This document shows positions 1-9,194 of a stretch of 64,000 nucleotides of DNA, piece after piece. The DNA lies in the NCBI GenBank assembly GCA_034521595.1, contig JAXHMG010000003.1, forward strand, positions 2,848,001-2,912,000. The letters run 5' to 3'. Origin of the DNA: Gemmatimonadota bacterium (GTDB lineage: Bacteria; Gemmatimonadota; Gemmatimonadetes; Longimicrobiales; Gaopeijiaceae). How positions within the stretch are numbered: position 1 is the first letter of the stretch; each line of letters begins with the position of its first letter. A model generated the notes under the pieces. It ran no database searches and was not told the DNA's origin. It was given only the letters and a program-made list of their open reading frames with translations. The position numbers and the translations under genes were made by a program.

Positions 1-1
1 C

Positions 2-1171
2 CTCAAGCGGAAGCTCGACCTCGACGCGCTCCGGCTCAGCGAGGCCGAAGCCGCGCCCGACGATCCCGAGGCGTGGCCCGAGCGGCTCCGCAAGGCCATG
101 GACGAGGACCGCGTCGCGGCCGGCCACCTCGTCGTGATCGACGGACACGTGGTCCACACCGACCTCGACGAGGCCCTGGCCGAGAAGGGCGTGGTCCTGA
201 TGTCCCTCCATACGGCGCTCGAGACGCACGAGGAGCTCGTGCGCGAGCATCTGGCCACGGAAGCGGTCCCGCCCGAGGAGGGGAAGTTCGCCGCGCTCAA
301 CGCGGCGCTCTGGACGGACGGCATCTTCCTCTACGTGCCGCGGGGCGTGCGGCTCGAACACCCCATCCGGGTGACCCGGTGGGTCTCCGAGCCGGGCGCG
401 GCCTACTTCAGCCGCACGCTGATCGTGGCGGAGGACGCCAGCCAGGTATCCTACGTCGACGAAGTCGTCTCGGACCCCCTCGAGCGACAGACCCTCGTCT
501 CGAACGCGGTCGAAGTGCTCGCCCGGCAGGCCGCGCAGGTCCAGTACGTGTCGCTGCAGCGGCTGGGGTCCGGCGCCTTCTTCCAGTCGGTCCAACGCAC
601 GCTCGCCGAGCGCGACGCGACGCTCGACACGCTCAACGTCGGGCTCGGATCCTCGGTGAGCCGGGTCGACCTGAACGCGCGCTTGCTCGGCTCCGGAGGG
701 AACTCGGACATGCTCGGGCTCTACTTCGGGGACCAAAACCAACATTTCGATTTCAATACCAGCCAGGACCACGTCGCGCCGAACGCGTCGAGCAACCTGC
801 TCTACAAAGGCGCGCTCGACGGCGAGAGCCGGGCGGTGTTTCGCGGCCTCATCCGGGTGCACCCGAAGGCGCAGCGCACCGACGCGTACCAGACGAACCG
901 CAACCTGCTCCTGTCGGGCAAGGCCCGCGCCGACACGCTCCCGAACCTCGAGATCGAGGCGGACGACGTGAAGTGCTCGCACGGAGCCACCGTCGGTGAG
1001 CTGGATTCAGAAACCAAGTTCTATTTGATGAGCCGGGGACTCGACCGGATCACCGCCGAGCGCATGGTCGTGCTCGGGTTTCTGGGAGAGGTCCTCGCCC
1101 GGCTGCCGCTCGGCGGCGTGGTCGAGAAGGTCACGCGGGTCATCGAGGAGAAGCTGGCGGGCCATGGCTAA
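2..1171 (+). CDS. sufD: Fe-S cluster assembly protein SufD (5' partial)
   Basis: Frame is open from base 2. Beta-helix motifs LYKGAL, VFRGLIRV, QRTDAYQTNRNLLLS, PNLEIEADDVKCSHGATVG and FYLMSRG are present. Lies upstream of sufS/sufU. Confidence 0.93.
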   Translation, partial: LKRKLDLDALRLSEAEAAPDDPEAWPERLRKAMDEDRVAAGHLVVIDGHVVHTDLDEALAEKGVVLMSLHTALETHEELVREHLATEAVPPEEGKFAALNAALWTDGIFLYVPRGVRLEHPIRVTRWVSEPGAAYFSRTLIVAEDASQVSYVDEVVSDPLERQTLVSNAVEVLARQAAQVQYVSLQRLGSGAFFQSVQRTLAERDATLDTLNVGLGSSVSRVDLNARLLGSGGNSDMLGLYFGDQNQHFDFNTSQDHVAPNASSNLLYKGALDGESRAVFRGLIRVHPKAQRTDAYQTNRNLLLSGKARADTLPNLEIEADDVKCSHGATVGELDSETKFYLMSRGLDRITAERMVVLGFLGEVLARLPLGGVVEKVTRVIEEKLAGHG

Positions 1172-1475
1172 CTGGATTCGGGTCGCGGACACGGAGTTCT
1201 GCCCGGCGGGGCAGCTCAAGGGCGTCATGGCCAACGGCCAGCCGATCGTCCTGGCCAACGTCGACGGAGACCTCTGCGCGCTGGAGGACAAGTGCTCCCA
1301 CGAGGACTACCCGCTCTCCGACGGAGAGCTCGACGGGGATGAGGTGGTCTGCGAGTATCACGGTGCCCGGTTCGACGCGTGCAGCGGTGCCCGCAAGGCC
1401 CTTCCGGCCGTCCGTCCCGTTCGCGCCTATCCGGTCGAGGTGCGCGAGGACGGGATCTACGTAGACGTCGAATGA
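1164..1475 (+). CDS. Rieske-type (2Fe-2S) ferredoxin of the suf operon
   Basis: CSHE and CEYHGARFD Rieske boxes. Overlaps the sufD stop and the sufS start. Confidence 0.9.
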   Translation: MANWIRVADTEFCPAGQLKGVMANGQPIVLANVDGDLCALEDKCSHEDYPLSDGELDGDEVVCEYHGARFDACSGARKALPAVRPVRAYPVEVREDGIYVDVE

Positions 1476-2722
1476 GCACGGCCGCCACCGCGCCGACCAC
1501 CTTCGATCCGTACGCGGTCCGGCGCGAGTTTCCCGCCTTGGACCAGGCCGTCCACGGCAAGCCGCTCGTCTACCTCGACAACGCCGCGACCTCCCAGAAG
1601 CCGCGGGCGGTGCTCGACGCGGTCGCGGGCTACTACGAGCGGGACAACGCGAACGTGCACCGGGGGATCCACGAGCTCTCCAGACGGGCGACGGACGCGT
1701 ACGAGGACGCCCGGCGCCGCGTGGGCGCCTGGGTCGGCGCCGACGATCCGGCCGAGCTGGTCTGGACCCGAGGCACCACCGAAGCCATCAACCTCGTCGC
1801 GACCGCGTGGGGTCTCGACCACGTGGGCGAAGGCGACGAGATCCTGATCTCGGTGCTCGAGCACCATTCGAACATCGTCCCCTGGCAGCTTCTCGCCCGG
1901 CGGACGGGCGCGCGCCTCCGGTATTTGGAGCTCGACGACCAGGGCCGGTGGATTCTGGACGACCTGGACACGTTGCTGACCGAGCGCACGAAGCTCGTCG
2001 CCGTGTCGCACGTCTCCAACGCCCTCGGCACCGTCAACCCGGTCCGTGAGATCGCCAAGGCCGCGCACGACGTGGGCGCCCGGGTGCTGATCGACGGCGC
2101 TCAGGGCGCGGTCCACGCCAAGGTCGACGTGAAGGAGCTCGGAGCGGACTTCTACGCGTTCAGCGGCCACAAGATGTGCGGGCCGACCGGCATCGGCGCG
2201 CTCTGGGCCCGGCGCGAGCTCCTCGAGGAGATGGCGCCGTATCAGGGCGGCGGCGAGATGATCCACGTCGTGGGCAGGGACGAGAGCACGTGGGCCGGCA
2301 TCCCGCACAAGTTCGAGGCCGGCACGCCGAACATCGCGGGCGCGGTGGGCTTCGGCGCGGCCGTGGACTTCCTGTCCGGGATCGGGATGGACGCCGTGGC
2401 CGAGCACGAGCGGCGGATCCTCGACTACGCGAACGAGCGGATCCGGGAGCTCGACGGCATCGAGGTCCACGGCCCCCGTTCGCCGGCGGAGCGCTCGGCG
2501 GTGCTCTCGTTCTCGATGGAGGACGCGCATCCGCACGACATCGCCACCATCCTCGACACGGAAGGCGTCGCGGTGCGCGCCGGCCACCACTGCGCCCAGT
2601 TGGTGATGAAGCACCTCGGGGTCCCGGCGACCGCCCGGGCGTCGTTCTACCTCTACAACACGGTGGAGGACGTGGACCGGCTCGTCGACGCGCTCCGGCG
2701 GGTGCGAAGCATCTTCCACTAG
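1472..2722 (+). CDS. sufS: Cysteine desulfurase SufS
   Basis: YLDNAATSQKP, NVHRG, FSGHKM (PLP Lys) and RAGHHCA (catalytic Cys). ATGA overlap with the upstream gene. Confidence 0.96.
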   Translation: MSTAATAPTTFDPYAVRREFPALDQAVHGKPLVYLDNAATSQKPRAVLDAVAGYYERDNANVHRGIHELSRRATDAYEDARRRVGAWVGADDPAELVWTRGTTEAINLVATAWGLDHVGEGDEILISVLEHHSNIVPWQLLARRTGARLRYLELDDQGRWILDDLDTLLTERTKLVAVSHVSNALGTVNPVREIAKAAHDVGARVLIDGAQGAVHAKVDVKELGADFYAFSGHKMCGPTGIGALWARRELLEEMAPYQGGGEMIHVVGRDESTWAGIPHKFEAGTPNIAGAVGFGAAVDFLSGIGMDAVAEHERRILDYANERIRELDGIEVHGPRSPAERSAVLSFSMEDAHPHDIATILDTEGVAVRAGHHCAQLVMKHLGVPATARASFYLYNTVEDVDRLVDALRRVRSIFH

Positions 2723-2788
2723 GCCCACGTGGCGAGAACGGCCCCTCCCGCCCTATGTTGTCCCCCGTCGCGCAACCGAGGACGTCCC

Positions 2789-3241
2789 ATGGAGACACCG
2801 CAGCTCAGCTCGCTCTACCAGCAGCTCATCCTCGAGCACTACAAGAGCCCGCGCAACAAGGGCGAGCTCGAGGAGCGCACGGTCGAGGTCCACATGAACA
2901 ATCCGGTCTGCGGCGACGAGATCCGGCTCCAGCTCCGCGTCGAAGGCGACACGATCGAGCACGCCAAGTTCGTCGGCCAGGGGTGCTCCATCTCGCAGGC
3001 TTCCGTGAGCATCATGACGACCCTTCTCGAAGGCCGGTCGCTGTCCGACGCCGAAGGCCTCGCGGACCGGTTCACCGAAGTCATGCACGGCGATGCCGAC
3101 GCAGCCCGGGACAAATCGCTCGGAGATCTGCGGGCGCTCCAGGGCGTCAGCAAGTTCCCCGTCCGGGTGAAGTGCGCGCTGCTCGGATTCGACGCTCTGC
3201 GGGAGGCGCTGCGCCAGAGCGCGGCGGAGCCCGCGAGCTGA
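2789..3241 (+). CDS. sufU: SUF system sulfur-transfer protein SufU (NifU-like)
   Basis: LYQQLILEHY, NPVCGDEI, GCSISQAS and RVKCA motifs. Confidence 0.93.
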   Translation: METPQLSSLYQQLILEHYKSPRNKGELEERTVEVHMNNPVCGDEIRLQLRVEGDTIEHAKFVGQGCSISQASVSIMTTLLEGRSLSDAEGLADRFTEVMHGDADAARDKSLGDLRALQGVSKFPVRVKCALLGFDALREALRQSAAEPAS

Positions 3242-3246
3242 TCCCC

Positions 3247-3786
3247 GTGGAGGTGCACTCCGCCCACGTGCCGGAGACCCGTGCGGGTCCCCTCACCGTG
3301 TGGGCCTCTTCCGAGGGTGTCCGCCACATCGAGTTCGGCCCCCTCCCCGCCGGCCACCACGCCGACCCGCCCGAGCGCTTCACCAAGACGCTGACGGAAG
3401 CCGTGCGCCAGCTCCGGGAGTACCTCTCCGGTGCGCGGACCGGCTTCGACCTTCCGTTGGATCTGGCCGGGGTCACGACCGACTTCCAGCGGCGGGTCTA
3501 CGAGCGTCTCCGCACCGTCGGGTACGGACAGGTCACCTCGTACGGCCACCTCGCGGACGCGCTCGGCGGCCCGGAGCTGGCCCGGGCGGTGGGCCGCGCC
3601 GTCGGCGCCAACCCCCTCCCCATCGTGATCCCCTGCCACCGGGTCGTCGGCTCCGAGGGGCGCCTGACCGGGTTCGGCGGGGGCCTGCCGGCCAAGGTCG
3701 CGCTGCTCCGGCTCGAAGGCATCGACGTGGACGGTGACCGTCCGTCGAGCCGGGTCCGCCGGGACGTCATTCCGCTGGATCTGTAG
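3247..3786 (+). CDS. ogt: Methylated-DNA--protein-cysteine S-methyltransferase
   Basis: RAVGRAVGANP and the IPCHRVV active site, in the 3' part of ORF 2176..3786. GTG start inferred just after sufU. Confidence 0.9.
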   Translation: MEVHSAHVPETRAGPLTVWASSEGVRHIEFGPLPAGHHADPPERFTKTLTEAVRQLREYLSGARTGFDLPLDLAGVTTDFQRRVYERLRTVGYGQVTSYGHLADALGGPELARAVGRAVGANPLPIVIPCHRVVGSEGRLTGFGGGLPAKVALLRLEGIDVDGDRPSSRVRRDVIPLDL

Positions 3787-3880
3787 GCGGCGAGCCGGCC
3801 GCGGCCCCCACTCCGGCCGTGATCCTCAGCCATTCCCGTCGTGATGGCGTCATGTCGATCCCCTCTCGCTCGTGGTTCAG

Positions 3881-5173
3881 TCAACGCCCATCATGGAAGC
3901 GCTCGGGCCCGAGCGCCAGTAGATGAGGGCTCGGAGCGCCACCCAGGAGCCCGTCCGCGACGAGCTCTCCCGTGACGGGTCCGAGCGTCAAGCCGAGCAT
4001 GCCGTGGCCGGTGGCGACCCATACGTCCTCGAGGCCGGGGAGAGGCCCGACGAGCGGCAGGCCGTCCGCGCTCATGGGGCGGAGCCCACACCACTCGGAC
4101 ACCGAGGGCCGTCCGGCCAGGGCGGGAAAAGCTTCGCCGGCGGCCCGCGAAAGCTGGGCGAGACGCTCCGGCCGCAGCTCCCGGTCGACGCCGGCGAACT
4201 CCATGGTGCCCGCGAGGCGGACGCGACCGGCGAGCGGCGTGCAGAAGACCGCCGATTCGTGGAGCACACAGGCGATGCGGAGCGGCGGCGTATCGTCCAG
4301 TCCGACAGGGAGATCCCGGTGATACCCTTTGCCGGGACGCACCGGCAGGCGGGTCCCGAACCGTCCGGCGAGCTCGAGGGCGAACGGCCCCGTGGCGAGC
4401 AGGGCCGCGTCCGCGGGAACGACCGTGCCGTCGCCACGGCGGGCTCCCACGAGCGCTCCGCCCTCGACCACCAGATCCGTCACTTCCGCGCCCTCCACGA
4501 TGCACACCCCGAGTCGGCGCGCCGCTTCTGCGAGGCCCGTGACGAAGGCGTAGGGGTCGACGGTCGCGGCCTCGGGATAGAAGACGCCGCCGGCGAAGGT
4601 GGGCGCGAGGGCCGGCTCGTGGCGGCGGAGCTCCTCGATGGCCAGGACTTCCGGCCGGTAGCCGTGCGGCCGGATGAGGTCCGCTTCGTCGGACGCGACG
4701 GCCAGCGCGGCCGCGGAGGCGCACACGTCGTAGTACCCGTCGGCCCGGTAGCCGCAAGCCAGGCCTTCTTCGGCGACGGCGGCCTCGAACAGCTCGAGCG
4801 AGCGGTGCCCGAGCGGTGCCATGACGTCGGTGGCCGCGACGAGCTGCTCGCGCGTGCAATTCTCCGCGAACTCCAGCAGCCAGCGCCAGAGCCCCGGATC
4901 CCAGCGGGGAGGGACGTGGACCGGACTGGCGGGATCGAACATGCCTCGGAGGCCCTGCCGGACACGGCCCGGTCGGTTGAGCGGCGGGTGGCCGGGCGAG
5001 ATCGTGCCCGCGTTGCCCGCGGACGCCTCCGCGGCCACGGCTCCCCGCTCGAGCAGCGTCACCCGGGCGCCGGCTCGGGCCAGGTAGTACGCCGAGCACA
5101 CCCCGATCACGCCTCCGCCGACCACGACCACGTGGGTGCGTGCGGATCCCGCGGAAGGCTGGTGCACGCTCAC
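3881..5173 (-). CDS. FAD-dependent oxidoreductase, D-amino acid dehydrogenase (DadA)-like
   Basis: VVVGGGVIG FAD motif, ASAGNAG, PGKGY, WCGLRP and ATGHGMLG. GTG start overlaps the upstream stop. Confidence 0.88.
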   Translation of the reverse strand: MSVHQPSAGSARTHVVVVGGGVIGVCSAYYLARAGARVTLLERGAVAAEASAGNAGTISPGHPPLNRPGRVRQGLRGMFDPASPVHVPPRWDPGLWRWLLEFAENCTREQLVAATDVMAPLGHRSLELFEAAVAEEGLACGYRADGYYDVCASAAALAVASDEADLIRPHGYRPEVLAIEELRRHEPALAPTFAGGVFYPEAATVDPYAFVTGLAEAARRLGVCIVEGAEVTDLVVEGGALVGARRGDGTVVPADAALLATGPFALELAGRFGTRLPVRPGKGYHRDLPVGLDDTPPLRIACVLHESAVFCTPLAGRVRLAGTMEFAGVDRELRPERLAQLSRAAGEAFPALAGRPSVSEWCGLRPMSADGLPLVGPLPGLEDVWVATGHGMLGLTLGPVTGELVADGLLGGAPSPHLLALGPERFHDGR

Positions 5174-6426
5174 CCCAGGCCGGGGTCGAGAAGGACCTTG
5201 AGGGACTCCGTATGGCGTCGCTTCTCGGCCGTGGAAAGCGCTTGCCTGTACTCGCTCAACGGATACACGTGCGTGACCACCCGGTCGACGGGCGAAGCGG
5301 TCTCGAGGAGAAGGTCGTGCGTGACCTCGAACGTATGGCGCTCGTGGCCCCGCCATTCTTCGACGCCGTACCCGACGAACCCTTTGAAGTCCAGCTCACG
5401 GGCCCACAGGAAGGTGAGGTCGAGCTCGGGAACCTCCGCGGCGCATCCGAGCATGACCACCCGCCCGCGCGGCGCGGCGTAGCGAAGGGCTTGCGCGATC
5501 GTGCCGCCACGGCCCACGCAGTCGAAGATCAAGGGGAAGCCACCCCCGGCGAAGACCTCGTCGCCGACGATGGGCATGTAGGCCCGGGCTCCCGTCTCGA
5601 CCAGCGCCTGGCGGGCCTCGTCCCCGGGCGAGACGACCGTGTCGGCACCCAGAGCTCCGGCGAGCCGCGCCTCGTGACCGTGTTCGCTCTGCGCGACGAT
5701 CTCGCCCTCGTAGCCCGCGGCCCGGAGCGCCCAGACCGTGCCCAACGCGATCGGTCCGCTTCCGATGACCAGGACCGGACCCGGCCCGAGGGGTCGCACA
5801 CCCAGGACCGCGTGCATCCCGGTCGCCAGGGGCTCGATCAGCACCGCCTCCTTGTCCGAGAGCCCCTCGTCCACGGGGAACACCTGGGTCTGGTGGGCCA
5901 ACAGTCGCTCGGACCAGCCGCCCGGAAGGTCGGGGTGGCGGCCGAGCGATGCGCCCGGCCGGAGCGGTCGGCCGTCGACTTCCAAGGCGCCCTCCTCCCC
6001 GGCGCGCTCACACGTGGCGGGCCGCCCGAGCGCGCAGGAAGGACAACCCTCCCCCGCCGCGAAGCCCCGGGCCGTGCACGAGATCACCGGATCGACCACC
6101 ACCCGCCGACCGACGTCGAGGCCGCGCACGGCCGGGCCGGTCTCCACGACCCGGCCGAGGATCTCGTGCCCCAACGTCGCGGGATACAAGCCGAACGGCT
6201 CGAGGGCCGCGCTCGTGTCGAAGCGGAGTCGGGCGAGGTCGGTGCTGGAGATTCCGGCCTTGAGCACCTCCACGCGCACCCAATCGTCCGCGGGCAGGGG
6301 GTGCTCGGGGACGTCGGCGAGGCGGAGGCCGCTGAAGCCGCCGAAGCGTGCGGCTTCGGACCACCGGCCCAGGATGCGTCCGATCCGGTAGCGCTGAAGC
6401 GTGAGGTCGAAAGTGACGGCGCGCAT
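5170..6426 (-). CDS. Zinc-binding (MDR) alcohol dehydrogenase family protein
   Basis: GHE motif, four structural-Zn cysteines, LIEPLA and the GSGPIA nucleotide-binding loop. Confidence 0.85.
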   Translation of the reverse strand: MRAVTFDLTLQRYRIGRILGRWSEAARFGGFSGLRLADVPEHPLPADDWVRVEVLKAGISSTDLARLRFDTSAALEPFGLYPATLGHEILGRVVETGPAVRGLDVGRRVVVDPVISCTARGFAAGEGCPSCALGRPATCERAGEEGALEVDGRPLRPGASLGRHPDLPGGWSERLLAHQTQVFPVDEGLSDKEAVLIEPLATGMHAVLGVRPLGPGPVLVIGSGPIALGTVWALRAAGYEGEIVAQSEHGHEARLAGALGADTVVSPGDEARQALVETGARAYMPIVGDEVFAGGGFPLIFDCVGRGGTIAQALRYAAPRGRVVMLGCAAEVPELDLTFLWARELDFKGFVGYGVEEWRGHERHTFEVTHDLLLETASPVDRVVTHVYPLSEYRQALSTAEKRRHTESLKVLLDPGLG

Positions 6427-6436
6427 GCCGGACGTC

Positions 6437-6979
6437 CTACGACATCAGGTCGGCCAGAGCCTTCAACGCGGTCTTGAGCGGCCGGAGCGTGCGTCCCGAG
6501 ACGGCGCTGAGCCCGAGGGCGAGGGCGAGCGCCAGCGCCACGAACTCCCACACCCCGACCCAGGGCACCGCTCCCGCTCCTCCGGCCGCGGCGAGAAGGA
6601 ACAGGAGTAGGGCGGCCGCGCCGGCCACCCTCCGCTCGCCGCGCGCGAGAGGCTGGAGGCCCGGTTCGGATCGTGCGGGCTCCACGCCGGGCCGATCCAC
6701 CTTCCGCCGGACCTCGGGCCCCGAGCCGTCGAGCCCGAGGAGGGACCGTGCGTCTTCCTCGTCCTCGGCCCGCACCCAGATCCTGGCGGGGCGAGCGATG
6801 GTCACCCCGGCGTCGGCTCCGCCGGCGTCATCGATCTGCAACCGGAAGGGGATCCCCGCATCCCGGAGGAAGCCGGCCGCGAACTCCGCCTCGTGTCGGT
6901 ACAGATACTCGGCGATGGCCACATGGGGCCGGTCCTCTCGATGGGAGCCCTCGAGACCTTCCTCGGACGGACTGCTCAC
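6437..6979 (-). CDS. Membrane protein with a DUF2007-like N-terminal domain
   Basis: EAEFAAGFLRDAGIP...IWVRAEDEEDAR pattern plus two C-terminal hydrophobic helices. GTG start inferred from an upstream GAGG. Confidence 0.65.
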   Translation of the reverse strand: MSSPSEEGLEGSHREDRPHVAIAEYLYRHEAEFAAGFLRDAGIPFRLQIDDAGGADAGVTIARPARIWVRAEDEEDARSLLGLDGSGPEVRRKVDRPGVEPARSEPGLQPLARGERRVAGAAALLLFLLAAAGGAGAVPWVGVWEFVALALALALGLSAVSGRTLRPLKTALKALADLMS

Positions 6980-7200
6980 GACGCCCTCGTCCGGCCGGGC
7001 TCCGAGCGATCGTGGGTCTGCGGCATGGTCATGGCGGACCGTTGAAGGGTAGTGCGGCTGGCCTGCGACCCGCCGCTGCCTCACCTTACTCACTCCGTCC
7101 GAGCCGGTAAATGCCCCGGATCGAAAAACGGATGGCGAGCGAGCACCGGCCGGAGGCCGGTGCCGCCCGAGTCCCGCTCACCGCACAGCCCCTCTGAACC

Positions 7201-8436
7201 GTGCGCATCGCTATCATCGGAGCCGGAGTCTCCGGCCTGGTTGCGGCCCGGCTGATCCGGGAACGCCACGAAGTGGTGGTCTTCGAAGCGCGGGAACGCA
7301 TCGGCGGACACGTTCACACCGTCCCGGTGCGGGACCGGGACGGCATGCCGCACGCGGTGGATACCGGGTTCATCGTTTTCAACGAATCGAACTACCCGCT
7401 CTTCACCAGGCTGCTCGACCGACTCGGGGTCGCGTCTCAACCCTCCGAGATGAGCTTCAGCGTACGCTGCGACCGGACGGGGCTGGAGTACAACGGGTCG
7501 AGCTACACGGGTCTGTTCGTGCAACGTCGGAACCTGCTGCGTCTCCGGTTCCACCGGATGCTCGTCGACATCCTCCGCTTCAACCGCCGTGCGACACGGG
7601 ACCTCGAACGGGGCATCGGAGAGGAATCGCTCGGAGCCTACGTGCGGCGCGGGCGCTTCACCCGCGAACTGGCGGAGCACTACCTGGTTCCCATGGGCTC
7701 GGCGCTCTGGTCCATGCCTCCCGGGCGCGTCCTCGAGCTCCCCGCCGCGTTCTTCCTCGGCTTTTTCGCGCAACACGGCATGCTCTCCGTCGACGACCGT
7801 CCCCAATGGCGGGTGATCCGTGGAGGCTCGCGCAGCTACGTGGACGCGCTCGTGGCGCCGTTCCGCGAGGGGGTGCGCACCGGCGGAGCCGTCCGGCGGG
7901 TGACGAGGCACCCGGAGCACGTGCTGGTCGACGGGGAAGCGTTCGACGAGGTGGTCTTCGCATGTCACGCCGACCGCGCGCTTGCCGCCCTGGGCGACCC
8001 GACGAGGGAGGAACACGATATCCTCGGCGCCTTCCCGTACACGGACAACGACGTCGTCCTCCACACGGACGTGGCCATGTTGCCGACCCGGCGGAAAGCC
8101 TGGGCCTCGTGGAACTACCGGATTCCCGAAGGCCGGACCGACGCGGCGACCGTGACCTACAACATGAACACCCTGCAGGGGCTCCGCTCGAAGGACACCT
8201 TCTGCGTGACGCTGAACGAGCCGGGCGGCGTGAACAAGAATTCTGTTTTGTTCCGCACTCGCTACCGGCATCCGGGCTACAGCGCCGAGGGTTTTCGGGC
8301 CCAGAGCCGCCACCCCGAGATCAGCGGGCGGGAGCACCGGACGCACTACGCGGGAGCGTACTGGGGCTTCGGGTTTCACGAAGATGGCGTGCGGAGCGCC
8401 GTGCGGGTGGCGGGCGAGTTCGGGGCGACGTTATGA
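7201..8436 (+). CDS. FAD-dependent oxidoreductase (COG2907; UfaD-like fatty-acid desaturase)
   Basis: IAIIGAGVSG, VDTGFIVFN, WASWNY and GAYWGFGFHEDG. Confidence 0.88.
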   Translation: MRIAIIGAGVSGLVAARLIRERHEVVVFEARERIGGHVHTVPVRDRDGMPHAVDTGFIVFNESNYPLFTRLLDRLGVASQPSEMSFSVRCDRTGLEYNGSSYTGLFVQRRNLLRLRFHRMLVDILRFNRRATRDLERGIGEESLGAYVRRGRFTRELAEHYLVPMGSALWSMPPGRVLELPAAFFLGFFAQHGMLSVDDRPQWRVIRGGSRSYVDALVAPFREGVRTGGAVRRVTRHPEHVLVDGEAFDEVVFACHADRALAALGDPTREEHDILGAFPYTDNDVVLHTDVAMLPTRRKAWASWNYRIPEGRTDAATVTYNMNTLQGLRSKDTFCVTLNEPGGVNKNSVLFRTRYRHPGYSAEGFRAQSRHPEISGREHRTHYAGAYWGFGFHEDGVRSAVRVAGEFGATL

Positions 8437-9194
8437 AAAGCGCGCTCTATTTCGGGCGAGTCCGCCACCGGAGGCACGAACCGGTCGGTCACCACTTCTC
8501 GCAACGCCTCTTCATGGTCTACCTGGACCTCTCGGAGCTCGACGAAGTGTTCCGTGGCCGCTGGCTGTGGTCCACCGGGGCGCCCAGCGTGGCCTGGTTT
8601 CGAAGGGCGGACTACCTCGGCGACTCCGGCCGCCCACTCGACGACACCGTACGGGACACCGTCGAGCGAACGGGCCGCGCACGCCCCGGCGGCCCCATCC
8701 GCATGCTCACGCACCTGCGCTATTTCGGCTACATCCAGAACCCGGTCACGTTCTACTACTGCTTCGAGGCCGACGGCTCCGGCGTCGAGACCGTGGTGGC
8801 CGAAGTGACGAACACGCCGTGGGGCGAGCGGCACGCGTACGTGGTCGACTTCGGAGGGCTGCACGACGCCGACGACGGGGCTCCCGGCAGCTCGTTCCCC
8901 AAGGGGTTCCACGTCTCGCCCTTCATGTCGATGGAGCAGGAGTACCGTTGGCGCTTCTCCACGCCGGGTCCCGACCTCACCGTTCACATGGAGAGCTTCG
9001 AAGAGGACCGGCGAATCTTCGACGCCACGCTGACGCTCGAGCGGCGTGCGATCACGGCCCCCGCGCTGGCTGGAGCCCTCCTGCGGTTCCCGTGGATGAC
9101 GGCGGGCGTGCTCGCCGGCATCTACACCCAGGCCGCCCGCGTTTGGCTCAAGGGCGCGCCGTTTCATGCACACCCGGAGCGAGGTGAGCGATGA
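8433..9194 (+). CDS. DUF1365 family protein (UfaO-like)
   Basis: GRVRHRR, NPVTFYYC, EVTNTPWGERHAY, KGFHVSPF and IYTQA..WLKG..F..HP. ATGA overlap with the upstream gene. Confidence 0.9.
   Translation: MKSALYFGRVRHRRHEPVGHHFSQRLFMVYLDLSELDEVFRGRWLWSTGAPSVAWFRRADYLGDSGRPLDDTVRDTVERTGRARPGGPIRMLTHLRYFGYIQNPVTFYYCFEADGSGVETVVAEVTNTPWGERHAYVVDFGGLHDADDGAPGSSFPKGFHVSPFMSMEQEYRWRFSTPGPDLTVHMESFEEDRRIFDATLTLERRAITAPALAGALLRFPWMTAGVLAGIYTQAARVWLKGAPFHAHPERGER

Noticed and set aside
2176-3786. 536-aa ORF as a fusion protein ending in Ogt
   Set aside because: The N-terminal 357 aa are an off-frame shadow of sufS/sufU, and only the last ~180 aa match Ogt.
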